Shown: positions 44,479 to 53,299, numbered from the stretch's first letter. The stretch: DNA of 64,000 bases from Eubacteriales bacterium (GCA_045587745.1 JAZNCU010000072.1:13069-77068); one strand, 5' to 3'. Made by a program: numbers and translations. Notes: generated from the letters alone by a model not told the origin.

Positions 44479-45093
44479 TCACTTTGTGCCGATTGCACAT
44501 ACCCATCGGGTATTCTCGTGAGCATAGACCTCGATGTCGGAAAAGCCTGCCCTTGCAAGCAGATCCCCGAGCTCGTCCGCAGTAAAAAGAGTCATTCCGA
44601 GGGCGGCGGACGCCTCCTCTATACCCTTGTTGTCACAGTCCTCGTTGCAGATAAGAAACCTTCCGCCTTCTGCAAGAATCCGACGAACTCCCTTAAAGCA
44701 ATCGACGATATTCTCCCAATAATACACCGTTTCAAAGGCAGTCACAAAATCAAACTCGCCATCGACGTACGGAAGCTCCGATGCGTTTCCGAGACGCACC
44801 TCGGTTCTGCCCGATGCAACCGCATCGGAATTGAGCGAAACGGACTTTGCGACGCTTGCCTCGGAATAATCTATGCCGAAAACACGTGCATCGGGAGCGA
44901 GGGAGAGCATATTCGAAATATTTTTTCCTCCGCCGCAGCCGATATCGAGAATAGCTTTTGAATTGGAAATGTCGGTTTTTGAAAGCGCCCAGAGCGCAAG
45001 CTCGTTATGTGAGCGGTTCATACGCTCCAGAACCTGCTCACCGTACTCGTTGCTCTCGGGCTTGCGGACGTTAAGAGTAAGTCTGTCAACCAT
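44479..45093 (-). CDS. Class I SAM-dependent methyltransferase
   Basis: 204-aa ORF with motif I ILDIGCGGGKN and a Methyltransf_11-like layout. Confidence 0.75.
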   Translation of the reverse strand: MVDRLTLNVRKPESNEYGEQVLERMNRSHNELALWALSKTDISNSKAILDIGCGGGKNISNMLSLAPDARVFGIDYSEASVAKSVSLNSDAVASGRTEVRLGNASELPYVDGEFDFVTAFETVYYWENIVDCFKGVRRILAEGGRFLICNEDCDNKGIEEASAALGMTLFTADELGDLLARAGFSDIEVYAHENTRWVCAIGTK

Positions 45094-45312
45094 AGTTACA
45101 CCTGCCTTTTTTATATTTTAACCAACAAAAACCACATTGTCAATATAATCCTTGAAATCATAATCTGTAGAGAGAGGACGGCGTTTTTGCACATAACACG
45201 CCGACGGGCATGTGAATAATTACTTGCGGAAAGGAAGCGTGGCATGTACAAAAAAGTGCCTTACTCGATAGACTGCCGAAATTCACAGATCACAAACAAC
45301 AGGAGAACAGAT

Positions 45313-46179
45313 ATGAATTTTACAAACCAGGCACAGGTCACCTACAACGGCAGAACGTCGCTTTCCAACATTACGCAGGGACGCTTTGTCGATGCGCTGA
45401 CCGCCACAAAAACTGCCGTAACCGACAGCTACGGCGTAAACGATGAGATCACGTATATCGTCTCGCTTGTCAACACGGGCAGCTCGGAGCTTACCGGCCT
45501 CACCGTCACCGATAATCTCGGTGCTTACAGCTTTACACCCGAGGGAGCGACCGGGCCTATCACGTTATATCCGCTTGAATACGCAGAGGGCTCGATTCAC
45601 TATTTTGTAAACGGCGTGCTGCGGCCCGAGCCCGACGTCACATCCGAGGACGGTCTGGTGATCGAGGGCATAAGAGTGCCGGCAGGCGGTAATGCGATTT
45701 TAGTTTATGCCGCCTCGGTAACGAATTATGCTCCTCTTGAGACCGACGGCACAATAGAAAACACCGTAACGGTTACCGGCTATGGCGTTTCCAACGAAGT
45801 TACCGCCACTGAGACCATCTCCACCAATGACGAGCCCGAGCTCCGCATCATCAAGGCGATGGATCCCACCGTAGTTACCGATAACGGTACATTGACCTAC
45901 ACCTTTACCCTGCTCAACTACGGCAACACCGCCACGGTTGCTGCCGACGAGGTTATCGTGAGTGACACATTCAATCCCGTCCTCACGGATATCACGGTAT
46001 ATGTCGGCGGCACGGCAACCACCGCCTATACCTATAGCGAAGCCACGGGCGAGTTTGCCACCAACGCAGGCGCAGTGACAGTTCCTGCGGCAACCATCAC
46101 GACCGATCCCGTCACGGGCGCAGTTACCTACACCCCCGGCGAGGCAACGGTTACGGTCGTCGGCACGGTCAACGTCTGA
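45313..46179 (+). CDS. DUF11-type ('conserved repeat domain') beta-rich protein without a signal peptide
   Basis: Track ORF trimmed to MNFTNQAQVTY (AGGAGA RBS). It has two repeats of the pattern TK/KA...V.D.G..ITY...L.N.G...(L/A)..V.V.D. It is Thr/Val-rich and has no hydrophobic N-terminus. Confidence 0.45.
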   Translation: MNFTNQAQVTYNGRTSLSNITQGRFVDALTATKTAVTDSYGVNDEITYIVSLVNTGSSELTGLTVTDNLGAYSFTPEGATGPITLYPLEYAEGSIHYFVNGVLRPEPDVTSEDGLVIEGIRVPAGGNAILVYAASVTNYAPLETDGTIENTVTVTGYGVSNEVTATETISTNDEPELRIIKAMDPTVVTDNGTLTYTFTLLNYGNTATVAADEVIVSDTFNPVLTDITVYVGGTATTAYTYSEATGEFATNAGAVTVPAATITTDPVTGAVTYTPGEATVTVVGTVNV

Positions 46180-46202
46180 CTTTTTTCTCCCCCTACCGTA
46201 AA

Positions 46203-46240
46203 AAATCCCGTTTCGCTTGGAGCGGGATTTTCCTTTTTAT
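46203..46240 (+). terminator. Intrinsic terminator after the DUF11 gene
   Basis: AAATCCCG-tttcgcttggag-CGGGATTT followed by TCCTTTTT. Confidence 0.6.
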
Positions 46241-46439
46241 AATATGCAAAAGCAGACCTGCTTATTTTTACGATACGCATAACACTTTGTATATTCTCTT
46301 TGTATATTCTCTTTGTTATTGCATAAAATGTGCATATAATGCATATTTATACCGCGCTTATGCATAGCACGCATCTATTTTTTATGCATTTTGATGTATA
46401 TTTATGCAAAAAATATATAAAATTTATGCAATTTCGCTA

Positions 46440-46468
46440 TTGACTCTTGCCTTGGTTGTGCATATAAT
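46440..46468 (+). promoter_or_regulatory. Sigma-A-type promoter of the amino-acid ABC transporter operon
   Basis: TTGACT (46440-46445), a 17-nt spacer, then TATAAT (46463-46468). Confidence 0.6.
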
Positions 46469-46508
46469 TACAGCATCACAAAAAACCACCGCCACGGAGG
46501 AACAAAAA

Positions 46509-47369
46509 ATGAAAAAAACATTATCCATCATTCTCGCAGTTGCCATGATTACCGTATGTGTGTTTGCTCTTGCATCCTGCAACAGCGGCGACAAGGCTAA
46601 ATTCGGCGTACAGTCCGGCACCACAGGTTTCAGCTTTATGGCAGGCGACGAGGACTGGGGCTTTGCAGGCTACAAGAACGTTGAGGTACTTCCTTATGAC
46701 AATGCAGGCCTTGCAGTTACCGAGCTCATCAACGGCAACCTTGATTACGTTGTAATCGACGCAGACGTTGCTAAATCGCTCGTAGCATCCAACGCAGGCA
46801 CAAAGTGCATCGATATCGCTCTCACCACCGAGTCCTACGGTATCGCAGTTGATAAAAATCAGACCGAGCTTCTCGAGAGCATCAACCAGGTTCTCGCAGA
46901 CAAAAAGGCTGACATCGACGCTATCTTTGCTAAATACGAAAACGTTGACGACACCAACTCGGCTAACTGGACCGGCACCACAATTCCCGCAGGCACCTAC
47001 GATTCCTCCAAGGATCAGCTCGTTGTAGTTACCAACGCAGCCTTTGCTCCCTTTGAGTTCGTTGTAGGCAACAACTTTGCAGGCATCGATATGGAGATCG
47101 CAAAGCTCATTGCCGATACTCTCGGTATGGAGCTCGTTATCCAGAACATCGAGTTCGACGCTATCACCGCTTCGCTCGGTAAGGACGGCGTAGACATCGG
47201 TATTGCAGGTATGACCATCAATGCGGCTCGCTCCAAGGTCGTTAACTTCTCTACCCCCTACTACACCGATGCTTATCAGGTGCTTATCGTAAAAGAAGAC
47301 AACACCCTCTTTGATGACTGCAAGACCACCGAGGACGTTCTTGCAAAGATGGATGAGCTTAACAAATAA
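46509..47369 (+). CDS. Polar amino-acid ABC transporter substrate-binding lipoprotein, circularly permuted domain order
   Basis: Track ORF trimmed to MKKTLSIILAVAMITVCVFALASC (lipobox, GGAGGA RBS). SBP_bac_3-type sequence blocks are present but in swapped order (see finding). Confidence 0.75.
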   Translation: MKKTLSIILAVAMITVCVFALASCNSGDKAKFGVQSGTTGFSFMAGDEDWGFAGYKNVEVLPYDNAGLAVTELINGNLDYVVIDADVAKSLVASNAGTKCIDIALTTESYGIAVDKNQTELLESINQVLADKKADIDAIFAKYENVDDTNSANWTGTTIPAGTYDSSKDQLVVVTNAAFAPFEFVVGNNFAGIDMEIAKLIADTLGMELVIQNIEFDAITASLGKDGVDIGIAGMTINAARSKVVNFSTPYYTDAYQVLIVKEDNTLFDDCKTTEDVLAKMDELNK

Positions 47370-47372
47370 TCC

Positions 47373-48074
47373 ATGGGAAACAAGTGGGAAGTATTTTACA
47401 GTAAGTTTATTACCTACAAGGGCTACGAGACGGTTGTTGACGGACTTATAGTCACACTCGAGATCGCCGTTATCGGTCTTGCGATAGGTATTGTGATCGG
47501 AACGTTTATCGCACTTATAAAAATGATTCCGAAATACAAAGCAGCACCGAAAATATTTTCTGCAATATGTGACGTATATGTGGGGTTCTTTCGCGGAACC
47601 CCCATTATTGTGCAGTTGCTTATAGGAAAATTCGTGCTGCTGCCGGCAATGGGAATCACTATGGATTCGCTCGCTGTTGCCATACTCATTTTCGGTATGA
47701 ACAGCGGTGCATACGTATCCGAGATAATGCGCTCGGGTATCCAGGCGGTCGACGCAGGTCAGCTCGAGGCGGCCCGTGCCGTAGGTCTGGGATACTGGAC
47801 CTCGATGCTCAAAGTGGTTATCCCTCAGGGCATCAAAAACATTCTGCCCACTCTCGGCAACGAGTTTATCACTCTCGTCAAGGAGACGTCGGTAGTCAGC
47901 TTTATTGCCGTAGTCGATCTTACAAAGGCGTTTCGCCAGATCGGTGACTCAAACTACGAATATATCATTCCCTACCTTATGCTTGCGGCGGTATACCTCG
48001 TTATCGTAATGCTCATTGCATGGGGCGTAAAAATCACCGAGAGGAGGCTGGCAAGAGTTGATCGAAACCGTTAA
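47373..48074 (+). CDS. Amino-acid ABC transporter permease (HisM/GlnP family)
   Basis: 233-aa ORF with an EAA-like loop ([23 protein letters not shown]). Confidence 0.85.
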   Translation: MGNKWEVFYSKFITYKGYETVVDGLIVTLEIAVIGLAIGIVIGTFIALIKMIPKYKAAPKIFSAICDVYVGFFRGTPIIVQLLIGKFVLLPAMGITMDSLAVAILIFGMNSGAYVSEIMRSGIQAVDAGQLEAARAVGLGYWTSMLKVVIPQGIKNILPTLGNEFITLVKETSVVSFIAVVDLTKAFRQIGDSNYEYIIPYLMLAAVYLVIVMLIAWGVKITERRLARVDRNR

Positions 48075-48888
48075 TCTGACAAAAGTTTACGGCGAGCTCA
48101 CCGTGCTCGATAAAATCAGCGAGCATATTTACGAGGGCGAGAAGGTTGCGATCATCGGGCCTTCCGGAAGCGGAAAAAGCACCTTTTTGCGTTGCCTGAA
48201 CTGTATGGAGGATCCGACCTCCGGATCGATATTTTTTGACGGAAGCGACCTTGCGGATATGAAGGTCGATATCAATATTGCACGTCAAAAAATCGGTATG
48301 GTTTTTCAGCAGTTTAACCTCTTCAACAACAAAAACGTTCTTGAGAACATCACCCTGGCGCCTATTCACGTCGGAGTTTCCAAGCTGAATGCGGCAAAAC
48401 GCAAAAATTTCCGCACGAAAATAGCCAATCTGTTCCGCTCTGCCGATAAAAAGAAGGCTCTTATCCCCATCACCACCGACAAAAAGGCAATAATTGCCGA
48501 GGCAGACGAAAAGGCGATGAGTCTGCTTGCCAGAATCGGTCTCGAGGAAAAAGCGTACGCCTACCCCTCTACTCTCTCGGGCGGCCAAAAGCAGCGTATC
48601 GCAATAGTGCGTGCGCTCGCAATGAATCCCAAAGTAATGCTCTTTGACGAGCCTACCAGTGCGCTTGACCCTGAGATGGTCGGCGAAGTGCTTGACCTGA
48701 TAAAGCAGCTTGCCGATGAAGGAATGACAATGGTCATCGTTACTCACGAGATGGGATTTGCCCGCGAGGTTGCAACACGTGTCCTGTTTATGGACGGCGG
48801 TAATATAATGGAGCAAGGCACCCCCGATGAGGTATTCAATCATCCCAAGTGTCCTCGACTCCGGGAGTTTCTTTCCAAGGTTCTTTAG
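48058..48888 (+). CDS. Amino-acid ABC transporter ATP-binding protein (with a ~30-aa insertion)
   Basis: It has Walker A (GPSGSGKST), the LSGGQKQR signature and Walker B ([11 protein letters not shown]). At 276 aa it is longer than the ~240 aa usual for this family. Confidence 0.85.
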   Translation: MIETVNLTKVYGELTVLDKISEHIYEGEKVAIIGPSGSGKSTFLRCLNCMEDPTSGSIFFDGSDLADMKVDINIARQKIGMVFQQFNLFNNKNVLENITLAPIHVGVSKLNAAKRKNFRTKIANLFRSADKKKALIPITTDKKAIIAEADEKAMSLLARIGLEEKAYAYPSTLSGGQKQRIAIVRALAMNPKVMLFDEPTSALDPEMVGEVLDLIKQLADEGMTMVIVTHEMGFAREVATRVLFMDGGNIMEQGTPDEVFNHPKCPRLREFLSKVL

Positions 48889-48913
48889 TTCTTTTTTGTT
48901 CCGTAATATCATA

Positions 48914-48960
48914 AAAAACTCCGCTTGAACGGGCGTTACCCGAGCAGGCGGAGCTTTTTT
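48914..48960. terminator. Bidirectional terminator between the ABC operon and ygiQ
   Basis: AAAAAACTCCGC...GCGGAGCTTTTTT with an inner CGGG-cgtta-CCCG hairpin. Confidence 0.6.
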
Positions 48961-48968
48961 GATGTATT

Positions 48969-50873
48969 TTAACCCTTTTTGCCCTTTTTGGATTTCCTGC
49001 CGGGCAGTCTTTTTTGCGGTCCTTTTGATACAGGTGCCGAGGCTTTTTTTGAGTTGCCGCAGGGCTTTTTTTGCTGTCCGCCAAAAGAGCCCTGTGTATC
49101 GGGACGGACAAGGCAGACAGGCGAGTTACCTATAAGATCCTGTCTTCCCGCCTTTATCAGCGCCTTGCGGACTATCGGTGCATTCTCTTTTTTTGCATAC
49201 TGAAGCAGCGCACGCTGCATCCGTTTTTCCTCATAGTCCCGTGCAACGTACACCTCTTTGCCCGTGAACGGGTCTATGCCGGTAAAGAACATACAGGTGG
49301 AGGCGGTGCCGGGAGTGGGATAAAAATCCTGCACCTGCTCGGGGTTGATATGATTCTTTTTGAGGTAGAGCGCCAGCTCTATTGCGGCGTTCAGGTCGCT
49401 TCCCGGATGGGAGGAAATAAGATAAGGAACGATATACTGCTCCTTGCCTGCCTCATCGGTCAGCTCGTAAAAACGCTTTGCAAACCTGTCGTAGTCCTCA
49501 ATAAACGGTTTGCCCATCAGCGACAATACTCCCCCATCACAATGTTCGGGAGCCACCTTGAGATGCCCGCTTATATGATCCGAAACAAGCTTTTTGAAGA
49601 ATTTTTCGCTTTTATCGGCAATAATATAATCGTAGCGCAGACCCGAACGGATAAAAACCTTTTTGACTCCGTCGACCTCCTCGACCGCCTTGAGCAGTCC
49701 GATATATTCGCCGTGATCGACCTTCATATTCGGGCATATCTTGGGTGAGAGACAGTTTTTGCCCTTGCAGACTCCGTTCTTTTTTGCCACCTCACAGTTA
49801 TTAGACCGAAAGTTTGCGCTCGGGCCGCCAAGATCGTGGATATATCCTTTGAAATCGGGCATCGAAGCAATTACCCGTGCCTCGTTTACGACCGACGAAA
49901 CCGACCGCGAGGTAACCGTTCTGCCCTGATGGAAGGCTATCGAGCAAAAATTACAGCCTCCAAAGCAGCCTCGGTTGTGGGTAATTGAAAATTTGACCTC
50001 CTCGATTGCGGGCACACCGCCCTTTTCCTCATAAACGGGGTGATAGGTACGCATATAGGGAAGCGAGTAAACGGCATCGAGCTCGTGCCTCGAAAGGGGC
50101 GGCATAGGCGGATTTTGCACCAGGATCCTATCGCCGTAGCCCTCAATGACAGCCTTTCCGTAAATATGGTCCTGATTGTTGTACTGTATTCTGAACGCAT
50201 CTGCAAATGCCTTTTTATCGCTCTTTATATCGTCGTACTCGCCGCAAGGCTCGTGCTCAAAATGAGGAGTAAAATCCCGTTTTTCCATAAAGCAGGTGCC
50301 GCGCACGTCACGAATTTTTTTGATCGGCACACCCTTTGCGAGCAAAAAGGCTATACGTCTCAGAATATTCTCGCCCATACCATAGGTAAGCATATCGGCA
50401 CGGGAATCGACCAGAATGCTCCTGCGGACGCTGTCCGACCAATAATCGTAGTGAGCAAACCGTCTTGTGGATGCCTCGAGTCCGCCGATTATCAGCGGCA
50501 CGTCGCCGTAAGCCTCACGGATGCGGTTGCAGTAAACGATAACGGCTCGGTCGGGTCTGTGTCCGGCCTCGCAACCGGGAGAATAATAATCGTTGCTGCG
50601 GCGCTTCTTTGCAGCGGTATAGTGAGCAACCATCGAGTCGATATTTCCGCTGTTGACCAAAAAAGCAAGCCTCGGCTTGCCGAGCGACATAAACGCATCC
50701 TTGCTCCTGTAATCGGGCTGAGAAAGGATTGCAACCGAATAACCCTCCGCCTCAAGCACGCGTGAGATAATCGCCGTGCCGAAGGACGGGTGGTCGACGT
50801 AGGCATCACCCGTTACGATTATAAAATCGGGAGTCCCCGACAGCTCTTCCTTTGTTATGGGCAAAAACGGCAT
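48969..50873 (-). CDS. YgiQ-family (UPF0313) radical SAM protein
   Basis: 634-aa ORF with an N-terminal MPFLPITKEEL...DFIIVTGDAYVDHPSFG, a CFGGCNFC cluster motif and a Lys/Gly-rich C-terminal tail. Confidence 0.85.
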   Translation of the reverse strand: MPFLPITKEELSGTPDFIIVTGDAYVDHPSFGTAIISRVLEAEGYSVAILSQPDYRSKDAFMSLGKPRLAFLVNSGNIDSMVAHYTAAKKRRSNDYYSPGCEAGHRPDRAVIVYCNRIREAYGDVPLIIGGLEASTRRFAHYDYWSDSVRRSILVDSRADMLTYGMGENILRRIAFLLAKGVPIKKIRDVRGTCFMEKRDFTPHFEHEPCGEYDDIKSDKKAFADAFRIQYNNQDHIYGKAVIEGYGDRILVQNPPMPPLSRHELDAVYSLPYMRTYHPVYEEKGGVPAIEEVKFSITHNRGCFGGCNFCSIAFHQGRTVTSRSVSSVVNEARVIASMPDFKGYIHDLGGPSANFRSNNCEVAKKNGVCKGKNCLSPKICPNMKVDHGEYIGLLKAVEEVDGVKKVFIRSGLRYDYIIADKSEKFFKKLVSDHISGHLKVAPEHCDGGVLSLMGKPFIEDYDRFAKRFYELTDEAGKEQYIVPYLISSHPGSDLNAAIELALYLKKNHINPEQVQDFYPTPGTASTCMFFTGIDPFTGKEVYVARDYEEKRMQRALLQYAKKENAPIVRKALIKAGRQDLIGNSPVCLVRPDTQGSFGGQQKKPCGNSKKASAPVSKGPQKRLPGRKSKKGKKG

Positions 50874-50949
50874 TTCGCACCCTCCCCCGAGTTACTTTTT
50901 TGTATTCTACCATTAAAAACACAAAAAGTAAAGAATTGAAAAAAACCTC

Positions 50950-50994
50950 TTGACAAATATCCGAAAAAATGTTACATTGATAACAATAATTATT
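50950..50994 (+). promoter_or_regulatory. Promoter plus Fur-family-box-like palindrome upstream of perR-like gene
   Basis: TTGACA (50950-55), a 17-nt spacer, then TACATT (50973-78). A perfect 10-bp palindrome AATAATTATT (50985-50994) sits just downstream of the -10 element. Confidence 0.5.
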
Positions 50995-51012
50995 ACTGAT
51001 AAGGAGGAACGA

Positions 51013-51393
51013 ATGACAGAGCGCAATACGAAACAAAAATCGGTCATACTCGATGCCGTTCTTTCCGCCACCACGCATCCCACAGCCGAGCAGGTTTACG
51101 AGAAGGTTGCAACGCAGATGCCCAACATCAGCCTCGGAACGGTATACCGTAACCTCAACAAGCTTGCCGAGTGCGGACAGATACGCAAGGTTGCAGTACC
51201 TGACAGACCCGACAGGTTTGATAGAACGCTTCATCCGCATAACCACATAATTTGCATATCCTGCGGGGCTTTTGGGGATATAGAAGACGTACCCTACGAT
51301 ACGTTTCTCAGCGCAGGTATAGCGAAAAACGGGTTTGAGATTATTGGACACGAAACGATATTTTTCGGAAAATGCCAACACTGTAAAAACTAA
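51013..51393 (+). CDS. Fur-family transcriptional regulator (PerR-like)
   Basis: Track ORF trimmed to MTERNTKQKSVILDAV (AGGAGG RBS). It has a winged-helix N-terminus, HPHNHIIC, and C-terminal CxxC pairs (CISCG...CQHC). Confidence 0.8.
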   Translation: MTERNTKQKSVILDAVLSATTHPTAEQVYEKVATQMPNISLGTVYRNLNKLAECGQIRKVAVPDRPDRFDRTLHPHNHIICISCGAFGDIEDVPYDTFLSAGIAKNGFEIIGHETIFFGKCQHCKN

Positions 51394-51429
51394 AATTTTA
51401 TTTATATAACCAACTAAGGAGATTTAACA

Positions 51430-51966
51430 ATGCAACTCAAAGGAACCAAAACCGAACAGAATCTTATGACCGCTTTTGCAGGCGAGTCCCAGGCACGCAA
51501 CAAGTACACCTTCTACGCAAGCGAGGCTAAAAAAGCAGGCTACAACGTTATTGCCGAGATTTTTGAAGAGACCGCAAATAACGAAAAAGAGCACGCAAAA
51601 ATCTGGTTCAAGCTTCTCCACGACGGTATTCCCGTTACTGCCGAGAACCTTGAGGATGCCGCCGCAGGCGAGAACTACGAGTGGACCGAGATGTATGCGG
51701 AGTTTGCAAAGACCGCTAAGGAAGAGGGCTTTGACAAGATCGCTTACCTCTTTGAGGCTGTCGGCAAGATCGAAAAAGAGCACGAGGAGCGCTACAGAGC
51801 AGTTCTCGAGAAGCTCGGTAAGGACGAGATCTTTATTTCCGAGGACGTTGTTATTTGGGAATGCCGCAACTGCGGACACGTTCACATCGGCAAAAAGGCT
51901 CCCGAGCTTTGTCCCGTATGTGCTCATCCCAAAGCTTATTTCATGAAAAAAGTCGTAAAGTTTTAA
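51430..51966 (+). CDS. rbr: Rubrerythrin
   Basis: 178-aa ORF with a ferritin-like diiron domain (GESQARNKY...EKEHA...EEHE) and a C-terminal rubredoxin-type CRNCGH...CPVC. Confidence 0.9.
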   Translation: MQLKGTKTEQNLMTAFAGESQARNKYTFYASEAKKAGYNVIAEIFEETANNEKEHAKIWFKLLHDGIPVTAENLEDAAAGENYEWTEMYAEFAKTAKEEGFDKIAYLFEAVGKIEKEHEERYRAVLEKLGKDEIFISEDVVIWECRNCGHVHIGKKAPELCPVCAHPKAYFMKKVVKF

Positions 51967-52010
51967 GGAGTGCATATAGCTCGTTCTTTACGCCCAAAAA
52001 ACAGTTAGCA

Positions 52011-52050
52011 AATACCTGCTGCGGTACTTAGCCGTAGCAGGTATTTAATT
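52011..52050 (+). terminator. Intrinsic terminator after rbr; its stem sequence is shared with the terminator at 53960
   Basis: AATACCTGCTGCGG-tactta-GCCGTAGCAGGTATT followed by TAATTT. Confidence 0.6.
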
Positions 52051-52210
52051 TCTCGGATATTAAGGAAGATTCTTTATTTTATTTTTGGGGCTTTTACAAA
52101 AGGCTTCGACTGCCCTACCTTTGTAGGCCGACGCTCGCCTTTTGCAAAAAATAACTTCGCTCTATGCCCTCCAAGACAGCCTAAACCGTACTTTAGGATG
52201 TAGCCGAATA

Positions 52211-52305
52211 AAACTGCCGAAGGCAATACCACTATGCGATGGGGTCATACGCAAAAGTTCTTTTGTGGGGCAAAAAGCATAATATAACTGCGAAGCAATA
52301 TAACT
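52211..52305 (-). repeat. ~95-bp repeat module (inverted copy of 59428-59522)
   Basis: The reverse complement matches 59428-59522 with about 4 mismatches by eye (AGTTATATTGCTTCGCAGTTaTATTATGCTTTTTGCCCCACaAAAGAACTTTTGCGTATGaCCCCATCGCATAGTGgTATTGCCTTCGGCAGTTT). Confidence 0.85.
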
Positions 52306-52345
52306 TGCCCGATATGGCGAATAACACTCGGAATACAATAAAAAT

Positions 52346-52408
52346 CGCTTTGCAACGCAAAGCTTCCTTAACTTATCACTTATCACTTATCACTTATCAT
52401 TCATCATT
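52346..52408. repeat. Hairpin + AAGCTTCCTT + heptamer array (ACTTATC x4-5)
   Basis: CGCTTTGC-AA-CGCAAAGC is followed by TTCCTTA and then the 7-bp tandem acttatc x4 plus attcatc (52371-52405). Confidence 0.8.
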
Positions 52409-52508
52409 GAAATTCTCCTGCTTTAACGTAGCGAATTTTTTGGGATAAATACGGGACGACAAGAACGGATTTTTGCGGTATACTTCAAATAGAGAGAGTC
52501 GGGTGGTA

Positions 52509-52626
52509 TATAGACAGACAAACAAGACAAACAAGACAAACAAGACAGACAATAGACAATAAGACAGACAATAGACACAAAAAAATATAAAAAATATTAT
52601 AAAAACTTTTTTGTCTGTCTGTCTAT
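52509..52626 (+). repeat. Iteron-like direct repeats + AT-rich tract bracketed by an inverted repeat
   Basis: GACAAACAA x3 (52517-52543) is followed by GACAGACAATAGACA x2 (52544-52578) and a 32-nt pure A/T tract (52579-52610). TATAGACAGACA (52509-20) faces TGTCTGTCTGTCTATA (52611-26). Confidence 0.75.
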
Positions 52627-52668
52627 AACAATACTGAAATAAAATATTTAACAGAGGGAGTGAAGATA

Positions 52669-53043
52669 ATGGACGAAAGAATAACCGAGGTGGTAAGATA
52701 TTTCAATAACAACACCTCGTTTGATAAGGTGAGCACGCTCAGTGATTGGTATGTCCGGCAGTTGACGGGTGCGATTGACCAATTCGGTGTTGATACCGTT
52801 AAGGCGGTGTTTGACCGAGCAGATTCCTCACTCTTCCTGAGCGGTAAAAAAATACCCGGATGGAAGGCATGCTTCGGTTGGCTGATCAAGCCCGAAAATA
52901 TCAAAAACATACTGCAGGGGAAGTACGATGATTATATAAGCACTCATCACGTGCTTTCTCCTGAGGATTTTGCAAGCAGCCTGACCGACGATGAGCTTGT
53001 TGCTGCCGCACTTGCAAAAGGATTTGACGGAATGGGCGAGTAG
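52669..53043 (+). CDS. Hypothetical 124-aa protein; the C-terminal half carries a W-x-x-x-F-x-W-L-I-K-P-x-N-x-x-x-x-L-x-G-K-Y-D motif I associate with phage/plasmid replication-organiser proteins
   Basis: The start is set at MDERITE (ATG 52669, GAGGGAG RBS). The motif is GWKACFGWLIKPENIKNILQGKYDDY. The family assignment comes from memory of similar C-termini and is not verified. Confidence 0.3.
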   Translation: MDERITEVVRYFNNNTSFDKVSTLSDWYVRQLTGAIDQFGVDTVKAVFDRADSSLFLSGKKIPGWKACFGWLIKPENIKNILQGKYDDYISTHHVLSPEDFASSLTDDELVAAALAKGFDGMGE

Positions 53044-53299
53044 ACGGCTTTGGGCGCAAAAAAAGGCTCCCTTGTGCAAACGGAGCTGTCAAAAATCGGC
53101 AGATTTTTGACTGAGGGATTGTTTTTTGATTTCTTACCCCTTACAAACCCTCCGTCTTTTGCTGCGCAAAATCCACGTCCCCCTACACAGGGGCGGCTCT
53201 TTGTCGGAGTCCCCTAAAAGAGGAATATATTAAATTCTACATTGATTTTTTCGACATAATATGATATTATGAGCCTGCAAATAATTTTGGGAGCGATTT

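Noticed and set aside
53044-53299. Hairpin-rich spacer (GTCAAAAATC-ggca-GATTTTTGAC; CCCCT-acac-AGGGG) downstream of the small gene.
   Set aside because: I could not match it convincingly to any other repeat family in the window or to a known RNA. I treat it as terminator or structured spacer sequence without a specific call.
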